Source: an uncultured Candidatus Bathyarchaeia archaeon (lineage in GTDB: Archaea > Thermoproteota > Bathyarchaeia > TCS64). Taken from it: a stretch of 58,818 nucleotides of DNA. The stretch lies in NCBI GenBank assembly GCA_964347685.1, contig CAYGAH010000026.1:1-58818 (forward strand). Direction: 5' to 3'. The position numbers and the translations under genes are program-made. How positions within the stretch are numbered: the stretch's first letter is position 1; the number at the start of each line of letters is the position of its first letter. Below the pieces are notes generated by a model. The model saw nothing but the letters and a program-made list of their open reading frames with translations. It had not been told where the DNA came from and made no database searches. Positions 17,102 through 25,735 of the stretch are shown one piece after another.

Positions 17102-18363
17102 CCGATCTTCGCCCTTAGGTCTTCGGCCTTCTCCTTTGATAGCCCCAGGGCTATCACAGAGACCCCATCCCTATAGAATACGCGCTCAGCAATCCTCGCC
17201 ACATCCTCGGGGGTGACTGCCTCCAGCCCTTCTATTACCTCGCGGATGGTGCGCGGCCTTCCCAGCCTCAGGGTGGATATCCCGAGCTGGTACATCCTCG
17301 ACTGGGTGCTCTCGGTGCTCAAAACGAAGACACCTATGGTCTTGTGCTTAACCCCGTCGAGTTGGTCACGATCCATCCCCTGCTTGACCTTCTCAAGTTC
17401 GTGCAGGGTGATCTCGATGACCCTCTCCACGTTCTCCTGCCTTGTCCCCGCGAAGACACCGAAGAGGCCCGCGTCCCTCATGGAGTACCTGCTCGTGTAT
17501 ATGGAGTAGGCCAGGCCCCTCTTCTCCCTGACCTCCTGGAAGAGCCTCGAGCTGAAGCCAAGCCCAAGGTGTCCGTTGATTATGGAGAAGGCGTTGATCG
17601 AATCGTCAACGTAGGCAATTCCGTCAGTTACCATGCAGAGTTGAACCTGGCTAGTTTTCTTCTCGACCAGCTTTACGGAGGGCTTGTAAACGGGAGGGGT
17701 GCGTTTTTGCGGTCTCCTGGCTTGACCTTTTTGGAACTGGTTTTCAACCGTCTCGACTAAATTTTCGTGTTCTACGGCGCCAGCTGCAGAGACCGTTATG
17801 TTTCCGGGCGTGTAATGGTCTTTGAAATATCTTCGGATGTTCTCGGCCGGCATCCCCCTGACGCTGTCCTCGTTTCCAAGGATGGAGTGGGCCGACTGGC
17901 TTCCCCTCCAGACCTCCTCGACGTATAGGTCGTGGATGAGGCTCTCCGGGTCGTCGTCCCTCCGGCTTATCTCCTCGAGGACCACCCGCCGCTCGTTCTC
18001 GATGTCCTCCTCGGAGAGGAGGGGGTTCTGGACCATGTCGGCTATCACCTCTACGGCGAGCTCCATGTCCCTCTCGAGGACGCGCGCGGTGTAGCACGTC
18101 AGGTCCCGGTCGGTGAAGGCGTTGATGCGGCCTCCCCTCGACTCTATGACGGTCGATATCTCCTCGGAGCTCCGGTTCTTCGTCCCCTTGAACAGGAGGT
18201 GCTCTAGGAAGTGGGAACACCCCTGGAGGTCATCACCCTCGTCCCTTGATCCCACATCTACCCAGAATCCCAAAGAGACGGACTTCAATCCCGAAAGCCT
18301 CTCAGAGACCACGATCGTGCCATCTGGTAGCCTGCTCTCCTCTACTCTCTGTCGATCACTCAC
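17098..18363 (-). CDS. M16 (pitrilysin) family zinc peptidase
   Basis: 421-aa ORF with the inverted zinc motif HFLEH (GCSHFLEHLLFKGT) and a downstream E ligand region. Confidence 0.85.
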   Translation of the reverse strand: MSDRQRVEESRLPDGTIVVSERLSGLKSVSLGFWVDVGSRDEGDDLQGCSHFLEHLLFKGTKNRSSEEISTVIESRGGRINAFTDRDLTCYTARVLERDMELAVEVIADMVQNPLLSEEDIENERRVVLEEISRRDDDPESLIHDLYVEEVWRGSQSAHSILGNEDSVRGMPAENIRRYFKDHYTPGNITVSAAGAVEHENLVETVENQFQKGQARRPQKRTPPVYKPSVKLVEKKTSQVQLCMVTDGIAYVDDSINAFSIINGHLGLGFSSRLFQEVREKRGLAYSIYTSRYSMRDAGLFGVFAGTRQENVERVIEITLHELEKVKQGMDRDQLDGVKHKTIGVFVLSTESTQSRMYQLGISTLRLGRPRTIREVIEGLEAVTPEDVARIAERVFYRDGVSVIALGLSKEKAEDLRAKIG

Positions 18364-18677
18364 CTTTCGGCCCCACCCAATCTTGTAAAAGAGAAGATGG
18401 GATAATAAAAGCGCGCAATTTTACCAGAAAAGCAAGTTTTTAAACGAACTAGAAGAGCCTTCTTTGTTTTGGACACAAATATTGTCCGGCGTTTTTTTGT
18501 AGGGTTAAAAGGCAAAGAGATTTCCGAGGTCGTAAAATCAAAATACATGGTTTAGGAGCCATGATTTTATAATAATAGTGTTAATTTTCTGGTCTGATCC
18601 TTTAGTCCTTATGAATAAGTTACCTTCAAACTTTTGGACACGATCTCTGTCCCTCGAGATTCTATTGAGCTTATCCT

Positions 18678-19418
18678 TTATTTATCTGGCTGGAGTTTCT
18701 CAGCCACCTTCCAGCCGTCCTCCGTTAGGGAGCATGAGACTTCACCCGACCCCAAGCCGAAAAGGCCGAGGAACCTTTCCTTCATAGTTGGCTCTTTCCT
18801 CTTAAGAACGAATAGGGGACTATCTGATGAAGCAGAGATGAATCTCTCGAGTTCTAAGTTTTTAGATATAGTTTTTCCCAGGGTGCGGAGTTTCATTTCG
18901 CCGCCCGATTCCGATAAAGACCTCAGTATCTTCGATGTCAGATAGTTCTGCTCAAGCTGATCCTGCATAGATAGAGTGTCTAAGGAGATCAGGCCCTTCT
19001 CCGCAGATACTTTGTCTCTTTCTAGGTCTGGTTTCGAGGCCAGCAGATAGTGGAGCCTTCCGCCTATTTCAGCTCCCAGATATGTCAGTTTCCACTGGTC
19101 GAAGGTATATTTGTCGTCGTAATCTATTGTTGTGGGCTTTCCCCTTTCCTCTTCCTTGGAGACCAAGCCCGCTTCCTTGAGGGAGACGAGCCAACCGTTT
19201 ATCTCTTTTTTGTTTAGGTCTATGTCGAACTCCTTAAGGATCAGCTTTATGTCTAGGGTTGTGAGGTGCTCCTTTTCACTCATGTCGTAAAGGACTTTGT
19301 AGATAAGCCTAGCGTTTCCACTCCTCAGAGGTTTCAGATATCCATCGAACAGAGTGTCTAATACCGTCCTGTCTAACGTTTCTGAGCTTTCCTTTTGCGC
19401 CAATTTCGGAACGATCAA
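18678..19418 (-). CDS. Hypothetical protein with two winged-helix-like segments, in a low-G+C island
   Basis: 246-aa ORF. wHTH-like stretches: LTTLDIKLILKEFDIDLNKKEINGWLVSLKEAGLV and KILRSLSESGGEMKLRTLGKTIS. A/T-ending codon usage is unlike the neighbouring genes. Confidence 0.5.
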   Translation of the reverse strand: MIVPKLAQKESSETLDRTVLDTLFDGYLKPLRSGNARLIYKVLYDMSEKEHLTTLDIKLILKEFDIDLNKKEINGWLVSLKEAGLVSKEEERGKPTTIDYDDKYTFDQWKLTYLGAEIGGRLHYLLASKPDLERDKVSAEKGLISLDTLSMQDQLEQNYLTSKILRSLSESGGEMKLRTLGKTISKNLELERFISASSDSPLFVLKRKEPTMKERFLGLFGLGSGEVSCSLTEDGWKVAEKLQPDK

Positions 19419-19535
19419 TATTCAGAAATTTTCTGAATATTAATTTTCCCCCTCTGAACCCTTTTCAACGAAATAATCTTTTGTTAAGGCAAGGGATATA
19501 ATACAAAAGCTTGACCTATTTGTGGTGGATATAGT

Positions 19536-20534
19536 TTGGCAAAGCCCAAGGTTTACGTCACTAGGCAGCTCTTCGAAGAGGCCATAGACATAATAAGGGA
19601 GCACGCAGAGGTGGAAGTGTTCGAGGGAGAGGACGAGCCAGTACCGAGGGAACTCCTCCTCTCCAAGGTCAGGGACGTGGACGGGCTCCTAAGCCTGCTC
19701 ACCGACCAAATAGACTCCGAGGTTTTTGAAGCCGGGAAAAACCTCAAAGTCGTAAGCAACTGCGCAGTGGGCTTCAACAACATAGACGTGGAGGATGCGA
19801 CGAAGAGGGGCGTCTACGTCACCAACACCCCGGGGATACTAACGGAAACCACCGCCGATTGCGCCTTCGCCCTCCTCATGGCCGTGGCAAGGAGGATCGT
19901 GGAGGCAGACAAGCACATAAGGGCTGGGAGATGGGTCCACGCCTGGGGGCCCAAGATGTTCCTGGGCACCGACGTGAACGGTAAGACCCTTGGAGTAATA
20001 GGATTGGGAAGGATAGGTTCAGCCGTCGCGAAGAGGGCCTCCGGGTTCGACATGAAGGTCATCTATCACGATGTCAATCGAAGGCGGGACCTGGAAGGGG
20101 AACTCGGTGTGACCTACGTGCCCCTGGATGAACTTCTTTCAAAGTCGGACTTCGTATCGGTCCACGTGCCCCTCAACGAGGAGACCTACCACATGATAGG
20201 GGAAAAGGCTCTCAGCAGAATGAAGAAGACCGCTTATCTCATAAACACCTCTCGAGGGCCAGTAGTCGATGAGGAAGCCCTATACGAAGCCCTGAAACAG
20301 AGGAGGATCGCTGGGGCCGCCCTGGACGTCTTCGAACATGAGCCCATCGACCCGAAGAGCCCTCTGCTGGTGCTGGACAACATCGTCGTGACCCCCCACA
20401 TCGCGAGCGCGAGCGTAGAGACCAGGACTAGGATGGCGGTGGTGGCGGCGACCAACCTTGTAAACGTGCTCAAGGGAATGGTGCCTCCAAACCTCGTTAA
20501 CCCCGAAGTGAGAAAGGTCAGGCCGTTGAAATAG
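19536..20534 (+). CDS. gyaR: D-2-hydroxyacid dehydrogenase / glyoxylate reductase (TTG start)
   Basis: 332-aa ORF with the NAD motif GVIGLGRIGSAVAKRA and the catalytic region INTSRGPVVDE ... TPHIASAS. Confidence 0.85.
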   Translation: MAKPKVYVTRQLFEEAIDIIREHAEVEVFEGEDEPVPRELLLSKVRDVDGLLSLLTDQIDSEVFEAGKNLKVVSNCAVGFNNIDVEDATKRGVYVTNTPGILTETTADCAFALLMAVARRIVEADKHIRAGRWVHAWGPKMFLGTDVNGKTLGVIGLGRIGSAVAKRASGFDMKVIYHDVNRRRDLEGELGVTYVPLDELLSKSDFVSVHVPLNEETYHMIGEKALSRMKKTAYLINTSRGPVVDEEALYEALKQRRIAGAALDVFEHEPIDPKSPLLVLDNIVVTPHIASASVETRTRMAVVAATNLVNVLKGMVPPNLVNPEVRKVRPLK

Positions 20535-20693
20535 GGTCACATCTCCATTTTCTACACCCTACGTCAGAAGTTGAGGCATGGTTCACCTACCCTAAACGAC
20601 CCTAAAAATGCGATTTAAGATGCTTTTAGAAGTAACGCAAAGAAAAACGACTTGAGGTTCGATTTCTAGGCTCCTTTTACGAGCGTTAGCGCT

Positions 20694-20733
20694 CCTTTTG
20701 TCTCATAATGTTGGGACAAAAAGTGGATTTTCG
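20694..20733. repeat. Palindromic element copy b (CCTTTTGTCTCATAATGTTGGGACAAAAAG plus a GTGGATTTTCG half-site)
   Basis: 7-bp arms TTTTGTC/GACAAAA. Shares CCTTTTGTCTCA with copy c. Ends 7 nt from the tdh stop. Confidence 0.6.
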
Positions 20734-20739
20734 ACCACC

Positions 20740-21717
20740 CTAGAGCTTTCCCGCTCTGTGCCTCTCCCCAAGCACCTTCAGCATGTCCTCGACCATGGCT
20801 TGAAGGTCGTGTCTGGGCTCCCAACCCCACTCCTCCCTGGCCGCGCTGTCGTCTATGGTCTTGGGCCAGGAGTCTGCTATGGCCTGCCTGTGGTCCGGCT
20901 CGTAGTCGATGGTGAACTCTGGGATGTGCCTCTTTATCTCGGCGGCCAGCTCCTCTGGCGAGAAGCTTATGGCGGCGAGGTTGAAGTCGGCGTGGTGCTC
21001 CAGCCTTGAGAGATCGGCGTTCATGAGGTCTACGGTCGCCTTTATGCAGTCGGGCATGTACATCATGGGAAGGGTGGAGTCGGCCCTCAGAAAGCAGGTG
21101 TACCTCTTGTGCTTTATAGCCTCATAGAATATCTCCACCGCGTAGTCGGTGGTCCCCCCGCCCGGTAGGGTCTTGTTGCTGATGATCCCAGGGTACCTGA
21201 CCCCCCTGACGTCGAGGCCGAACTTCTCGAAGTAGTAGTTGCAGAGGAGTTCCCCCGCTACCTTCGTCAATCCGTACATGGTCCTGGGCCTAAGCACCGT
21301 CTCCTGGGGAGTGTCATGCTGGGGCGTCTCTGGGCCAAAGGCTGCTATCGAGCTAGGGCAGAAGACCCTCGCCATATCGTGCTCCCGGGCCACCTCGAGG
21401 ACGTTGTATGTGCCGTTCATGTTCACGTCCCAGGCGAGCCAAGGGTTCTCCTCGCCCGCTGCCGAGAGGATGGCGGCCATGTGGTAGACGGTGTCTATGT
21501 CGTAGTCATCCACGATCCTCTCTATGGAGGACTTGTCCCTGACATCCATGTTCTCGTAGGGTCCTGACCCCCTCAGGTCTTCCGGCGGATGCCTCCTGTG
21601 GACCCCGACGACTACGTTCTCGCCACCATGCATCTTCCTGAGCTCTGGGACGAGCTCTGAGCCTATCTGGCCCGTGGCTCCGGTCACCAAGACCCTCTCC
21701 ATCGTCTTCCTAGGCAT
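20740..21717 (-). CDS. tdh: L-threonine 3-dehydrogenase, extended-SDR (UDP-galactose-4-epimerase-like) type
   Basis: 325-aa ORF with VLVTGATGQIGSEL and the YGLTKVAGE (YxxxK) motif. Divergently paired with kbl. Confidence 0.75.
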   Translation of the reverse strand: MPRKTMERVLVTGATGQIGSELVPELRKMHGGENVVVGVHRRHPPEDLRGSGPYENMDVRDKSSIERIVDDYDIDTVYHMAAILSAAGEENPWLAWDVNMNGTYNVLEVAREHDMARVFCPSSIAAFGPETPQHDTPQETVLRPRTMYGLTKVAGELLCNYYFEKFGLDVRGVRYPGIISNKTLPGGGTTDYAVEIFYEAIKHKRYTCFLRADSTLPMMYMPDCIKATVDLMNADLSRLEHHADFNLAAISFSPEELAAEIKRHIPEFTIDYEPDHRQAIADSWPKTIDDSAAREEWGWEPRHDLQAMVEDMLKVLGERHRAGKL

Positions 21718-21819
21718 CGAGGATCACTAAAATCCAAAAGCTGATATTGCTTAAATAACCTCTTACTGGCTGGAAAAAGTTAAAGGTCCATCCCCATAGA
21801 GATCGAGCAGTGAAACTTA

Positions 21820-23013
21820 ATGAGAGATCCCACAAGTTTTCTCAGAAAAGAATATCAGGAGCTCGTGGACAGGGCCCTAGACTGGAAGCTGAAGACTGTT
21901 GAGGGAGCCAGCGAGCCAGTCTCGATGGTCGACGGCAGGGAGGAGCTTATCCTCTGCTCCAACAACTACCTCAGCCTGACCACCCACCCCAAACTCGTAG
22001 AGGCTTCGATAAAGGCCACGAAGGAGTACGGCGTAGGATCTGGGGCCGTTAGGCCTATATCGGGCACCATGGACCTCCACATGGAGCTTGAGAGGAGGCT
22101 GGCCAGGTTCAAGAGGGCGGAGGCCTCCCTAACCTACCCCACGGGCTTCATGGCCAACTCGGGGCTGATCCCCCAGCTAGCCGGAGAGGGAGACCTCATA
22201 ATCAGCGACCAGCTAAACCACGGGAGCATAATAGACGGGGTGAGGCTCACCAAGGCGGACAGGGCGATATACGAGCACACCGACGCGGAAGACCTAGGCA
22301 GGGTCCTCGAAGAGGCTGAGAGGCACGACCCGCCATACAGGCGGATACTGATCATCACTGACGGCGTCTTCTCCATGGACGGGGACATCGCCCCCCTCGA
22401 CGAGATAGCCAAGCTTGGGAAGGAGCACGGAGCTATGGTCTACGTCGACGACGCCCACGGCGAAGGAGTCCTGGGAGAGGGAGGCCGGGGCATAGTGAGC
22501 CACTTCGGCCTCACCCACAGGGACGTCCAAGTAGAGATGGGAACATTCAGCAAGGCCTACGGCACCATAGGGGGCCACATATCGGGCTCAGAGGACCTGG
22601 TCAAGTTCGCCTGGAACAAGAGCAGGACATGGCTCCTCAGCTCGTCCCAACCCCCCGGCACAGCCGCCGCCACGATAGCTGCCATCGACGTCCTGGAGAC
22701 GGAGCCCCAGCACGTCCAGAACCTTTGGAAGAACACCAGATACTTCAAGAAGGCCGTGGACGACCTTGGCTTCAACACGGGGAAGTCCCAGACCCCCATA
22801 ATACCCATCATCGTGGGCCCCAGCCACAAGGCTAAGGCCCTCTCCGATAAGCTCTACGAGGCCGGCATCTTCGTAGTCCCCATAGTCTACCCGATGGTTG
22901 CCAGGGACCTCGCGAGGATAAGGGTCCAGATGAACGCCAAGCTCACGAAGGAGCAGCTGGACGATGTGATCGGCACCATAGAGACCATAGGAAAGGAGTT
23001 GGAAATCATCTAG
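21820..23013 (+). CDS. kbl: Glycine C-acetyltransferase (2-amino-3-ketobutyrate CoA ligase)
   Basis: 397-aa alpha-oxoamine synthase with LCSNNYLSL, DDAHGEGVLG and the PLP lysine in GTFSKAYG. Pairing with tdh favours Kbl over BioF. Confidence 0.8.
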   Translation: MRDPTSFLRKEYQELVDRALDWKLKTVEGASEPVSMVDGREELILCSNNYLSLTTHPKLVEASIKATKEYGVGSGAVRPISGTMDLHMELERRLARFKRAEASLTYPTGFMANSGLIPQLAGEGDLIISDQLNHGSIIDGVRLTKADRAIYEHTDAEDLGRVLEEAERHDPPYRRILIITDGVFSMDGDIAPLDEIAKLGKEHGAMVYVDDAHGEGVLGEGGRGIVSHFGLTHRDVQVEMGTFSKAYGTIGGHISGSEDLVKFAWNKSRTWLLSSSQPPGTAAATIAAIDVLETEPQHVQNLWKNTRYFKKAVDDLGFNTGKSQTPIIPIIVGPSHKAKALSDKLYEAGIFVVPIVYPMVARDLARIRVQMNAKLTKEQLDDVIGTIETIGKELEII

Positions 23014-23055
23014 CCTCCCTCCTACCCCTTTAAGGCGTTCTACAACGCCCCAAAA

Positions 23056-23098
23056 CCCCCTTTTGTCTCAAAATTTTAGGACGAAAATCCGCTTCCAC
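23056..23098. repeat. Palindromic element copy c (CCTTTTGTCTCAAAATTTTAGGACGAAAATCC)
   Basis: Imperfect inverted repeat between the convergent kbl and nucS genes. Shares a 16-mer with copy a and a 12-mer with copy b. Confidence 0.6.
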
Positions 23099-23132
23099 TG
23101 GTAACAGGAGCACAAAATCAGCCGGGATATGG

Positions 23133-23918
23133 TCAGGTGAAGAACTCTGTCAGCTGTCTCCCCTTCCTCCTCCTCAGGACCTCAGAGCAAGCCTGAGGAG
23201 ACAGAGGCTTGAACTCTAAGCCTAGGGTGGCGAGAAGCTTCTGGGCGCCCCTAGCGAGTTCTGGGGCGACGAGGACGCCCCTCACCTCCCTTTCCTGAGA
23301 GGGGTTTATCACGTCCATATACTTCTTGAGCTGGAGAACCGCCTCCTGTGTCGCCCTCTTCCTCTTTATCTCGACGACGGTTAGCACGTTGTTCCTGTCT
23401 ACCCCGAGTACGTCTATGAAGCCTGGGTCCACGGGCCTCTCGGACGCAATGGGCCTAAACCCCTCCTCAAGGAGCGAGGGCTCCAAGAGTATGGCCTGCT
23501 GCATGTCCCTCTCGCTGGCGTAGAGGCTGAACTCCCCAGAGTCGGAAAGGTCGAGGACGGCGACTAGGATGAGCCCGTCGAAGGTCACCTCTAGGACCTC
23601 GTTCTCCTTGCGCCTGAAGACCCTCACCACAAGCTCTCCCTGCCTGAGCCTGCTCCTAAAGATGGACTCCGGGGGCTGCCAGTTGACGGGCGCGTAGTCT
23701 CTGGGGCGGTGGACCAATGCGGAGCCGTCAGGTTTGCATATGAGGACCCTCTCGCCCTTCTCGAGCTTCGAGCTGGCCCTACCCTCGTAGTCCACCCGGC
23801 AGTTCCCTACGGCTATAACGGTCTTGTGCCTAGATATACCAGCCTTTATGACACCCATTGCGTCTTCTAGATCAGGGTTCTCGAGGATGACCTGATTCCT
23901 AGGGCTCCTCATCGCCAT
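23133..23918 (-). CDS. nucS: Endonuclease NucS (EndoMS mismatch/branched-DNA nuclease)
   Basis: 261-aa ORF. N-terminal beta-barrel region: AVGNCRVDYEGRASSKL...ICKPDGSALVH. C-terminal RecB-like nuclease: IDVLGVDRNNVLTVVEIKRKRA. Confidence 0.85.
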   Translation of the reverse strand: MAMRSPRNQVILENPDLEDAMGVIKAGISRHKTVIAVGNCRVDYEGRASSKLEKGERVLICKPDGSALVHRPRDYAPVNWQPPESIFRSRLRQGELVVRVFRRKENEVLEVTFDGLILVAVLDLSDSGEFSLYASERDMQQAILLEPSLLEEGFRPIASERPVDPGFIDVLGVDRNNVLTVVEIKRKRATQEAVLQLKKYMDVINPSQEREVRGVLVAPELARGAQKLLATLGLEFKPLSPQACSEVLRRRKGRQLTEFFT

Positions 23919-23936
23919 CCACCGGCCTTTGCCGGT

Positions 23937-24755
23937 TCATCCTATGCTCGTCACGATGTTGATCCAGGGGGCGTTCATCTTCTGGTCCAGGAGCTTTAGG
24001 TGGTCAGTGGCTCCTGAAAGCACGAATGTGTTGTGCCCCGGGTACATCCTGTCCGGCCCGAGCTCTATCAGCCTCTTTATCGACCTCTTCCAGTCGTCTA
24101 GGTCGAAACCTGGGCCGTTGATATAGCCCAGCCTTCCCTGGGAGGAAGCGATGTCGCCCGCGAAGAGGCTGGCCCTTTCACCCTCCCTTATCAGAAGGCT
24201 TATGCAGCCGGGGGTGTGTCCCGGAGTGTGGAACACCTCGAAATCCACCTCTCCAACCTTCAGCGCGTACCCGTCCCTGACGATGAGGTCCACCTTCTCG
24301 GGGCTGAACTCAAGGTCCCTCTCCCTGGCCATGTCGTAGAGAGAAAGTTCGTCCAGGCTCTCGATGTGCTCGACCTCTGATTCGTGGGCCACGAGCTTCA
24401 CGTCCACCGCCCGTTTCAGGTCGTGGTTCCCGCCTATGTGGTCGAAGTGGCAGTGGGTCAGGAAGGCGACCTCCAACAGGCCCGGGTCGAGCCCCATTCG
24501 CCTGATGTTCTCCAAAATCTGTGGGATTCCGTTCCCACCGCCCGTGTCGATCAGGGCGAGGGCCTCTCCGCCGTCTACAAGGTAGACGTTGCAGTCCCCA
24601 TCGGCGGAGTACCCGTAAGCCCCGCCGCCGACGAGGTAGACCCTATCAGTGAGCTTCAACAAATCACCTGGAGGTTCTACGCCTAAGACCCTTTTAATGG
24701 ATTCGCCTAACCCTGGCCCTCGGCCTCGTCTGAAGGGCCTTACCTTTTTGGACAT
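23937..24755 (-). CDS. MBL-fold metallo-hydrolase
   Basis: 272-aa ORF with LTHCHFDHIGG (HxHxDH) and downstream TPGHTPG. Confidence 0.85.
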   Translation of the reverse strand: MSKKVRPFRRGRGPGLGESIKRVLGVEPPGDLLKLTDRVYLVGGGAYGYSADGDCNVYLVDGGEALALIDTGGGNGIPQILENIRRMGLDPGLLEVAFLTHCHFDHIGGNHDLKRAVDVKLVAHESEVEHIESLDELSLYDMARERDLEFSPEKVDLIVRDGYALKVGEVDFEVFHTPGHTPGCISLLIREGERASLFAGDIASSQGRLGYINGPGFDLDDWKRSIKRLIELGPDRMYPGHNTFVLSGATDHLKLLDQKMNAPWINIVTSIG

Positions 24756-24873
24756 ATTTTATGTCCTGGCGGGGGGATCGAGGAGTCGAAGCCCCCCACT
24801 AATGGCGCTTAGAATTTCAATGAAGATGCAACTCGTATCCAGGAAGTGAAGATGTTCGAACATTCTTCGACGA

Positions 24874-24897
24874 TTTTTTATTAGGCCTTATAAAAAA
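24874..24897. terminator. AT-rich palindrome TTTTTTAT-TAGGCCTT-ATAAAAAA (T-tracts on both strands)
   Basis: Perfect 8-bp arms, about 80 nt downstream of the zinc-finger gene stop. Oligo-T is the known archaeal termination signal. Confidence 0.35.
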
Positions 24898-24977
24898 GAT
24901 ACCTTCAAAAACATGGACGGAGAGACTGGCCAACTCCGACGCCAAAAAAAGAGTTGTGGTCCCTAGCATAGGGCGTC

Positions 24978-25142
24978 CTAGGAGGTTTCCTTGTTGGCCT
25001 CCCTGAACCTCTCCGCCATCTTATCGTAGTAAAGCTCCATGAACTCCTCAAGCTTGTCGGGGTGGGCGAGCTTGATGTGGAACCTGACTCCTCCTGGGCT
25101 TGCGGCCTTCCTGTCGCAGTAGGGACACTCGTAACGCTCCAT
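24978..25142 (-). CDS. Small C2H2-type zinc-finger protein (54 aa). Absent from the supplied ORF track.
   Basis: Hand translation: MERYECPYCDRKAASPGGVRFHIKLAHPDKLEEFMELYYDKMAERFREANKETS, with the pattern C-x2-C-x12-H-x4-H. The track instead lists an Arg/Pro/Ser-rich 124-aa ORF in another frame. Confidence 0.65.
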   Translation of the reverse strand: MERYECPYCDRKAASPGGVRFHIKLAHPDKLEEFMELYYDKMAERFREANKETS

Positions 25143-25338
25143 CTGGATGGCCAAAATCTGCGTCCCCGACCATACTTACAGTATTTAGCTCTATTAACAG
25201 TTTTTATCCAGAAGAATTGAAACTTAGCTGGAAATCTCATTGGTCCCAAAATTATGGGGCAAAAACCTTTTTCCACCATCTAGGATCTACGAGATCTTCC
25301 TGCGCATCCTTTTTTAGGCAAAGCTCACACAGAGTTGG

Positions 25339-25704
25339 TTGGGTGCCTGTTTGAGCGGTAAAGAGGAATCCAAGATAACTTGGATAACCTGCCCCGAGTG
25401 CGGGTCCAAGATAGGCATAGTGGTATCGGTTGGCAGGGCGCCTACAGCGGTCCCTGAAGAAGCCGAGGCTGAAGCCGCCCCGACGTGGCCTCCTGCTAGT
25501 ATGAGGGAAAGGCTCGCGGCCGCGGGAGTCGACCTATCCCTAGTGGAAGTGGAAGAAAAGGAGGACGTCGTCATCTTGAGCCCTAAGAGGTTCCTGGGAG
25601 ACCTCTGGGGGCCCATAAACGACGCGGTTAAGAGCCTCGGCGGGACCTGGATCAGGGAGGGGCGGGAGAGCCGCTGGGAGATACCCAAAGGGGAAATGGG
25701 TTAG
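25339..25704 (+). CDS. Hypothetical protein with one N-terminal CPxC knuckle, an acidic Ala/Glu linker and a conserved-looking C-terminal domain
   Basis: 121-aa ORF beginning at TTG, so the start is uncertain. Contains ITCPECGSKIG, and the C-terminus reads LWGPINDAVKSLGGTWIREGRESRWEIPK. Confidence 0.4.
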   Translation: MGACLSGKEESKITWITCPECGSKIGIVVSVGRAPTAVPEEAEAEAAPTWPPASMRERLAAAGVDLSLVEVEEKEDVVILSPKRFLGDLWGPINDAVKSLGGTWIREGRESRWEIPKGEMG

Positions 25705-25735
25705 ACCCCCTCCAACCCCCGACACGCAGAAGTAG

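Noticed and set aside
18559-18597. CATGATTTT ... GGTCTGATCC, considered as the C box and D box of an archaeal C/D sRNA.
   Set aside because: The C box deviates from RUGAUGA. No internal D'/C' boxes are present, and the spacing (~35 nt) is too short for two guide regions.
23090-23100. TTCCACTGG next to palindromic element c matches the core of archaeal mini-ORB origin boxes (TTCCAGTGGAA and its complement).
   Set aside because: This is a single 9-mer, which is expected by chance at roughly this frequency in 2 x 59 kb. There is no second copy, no AT-rich unwinding element, and it is not adjacent to orc1/cdc6.
24905-25279. Track ORF of 124 aa on the minus strand.
   Set aside because: Its Arg/Pro/Ser/Trp-rich translation has no motif. 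A different frame in the same place encodes a clean C2H2 zinc-finger protein with a sensible start and stop (24978-25142).
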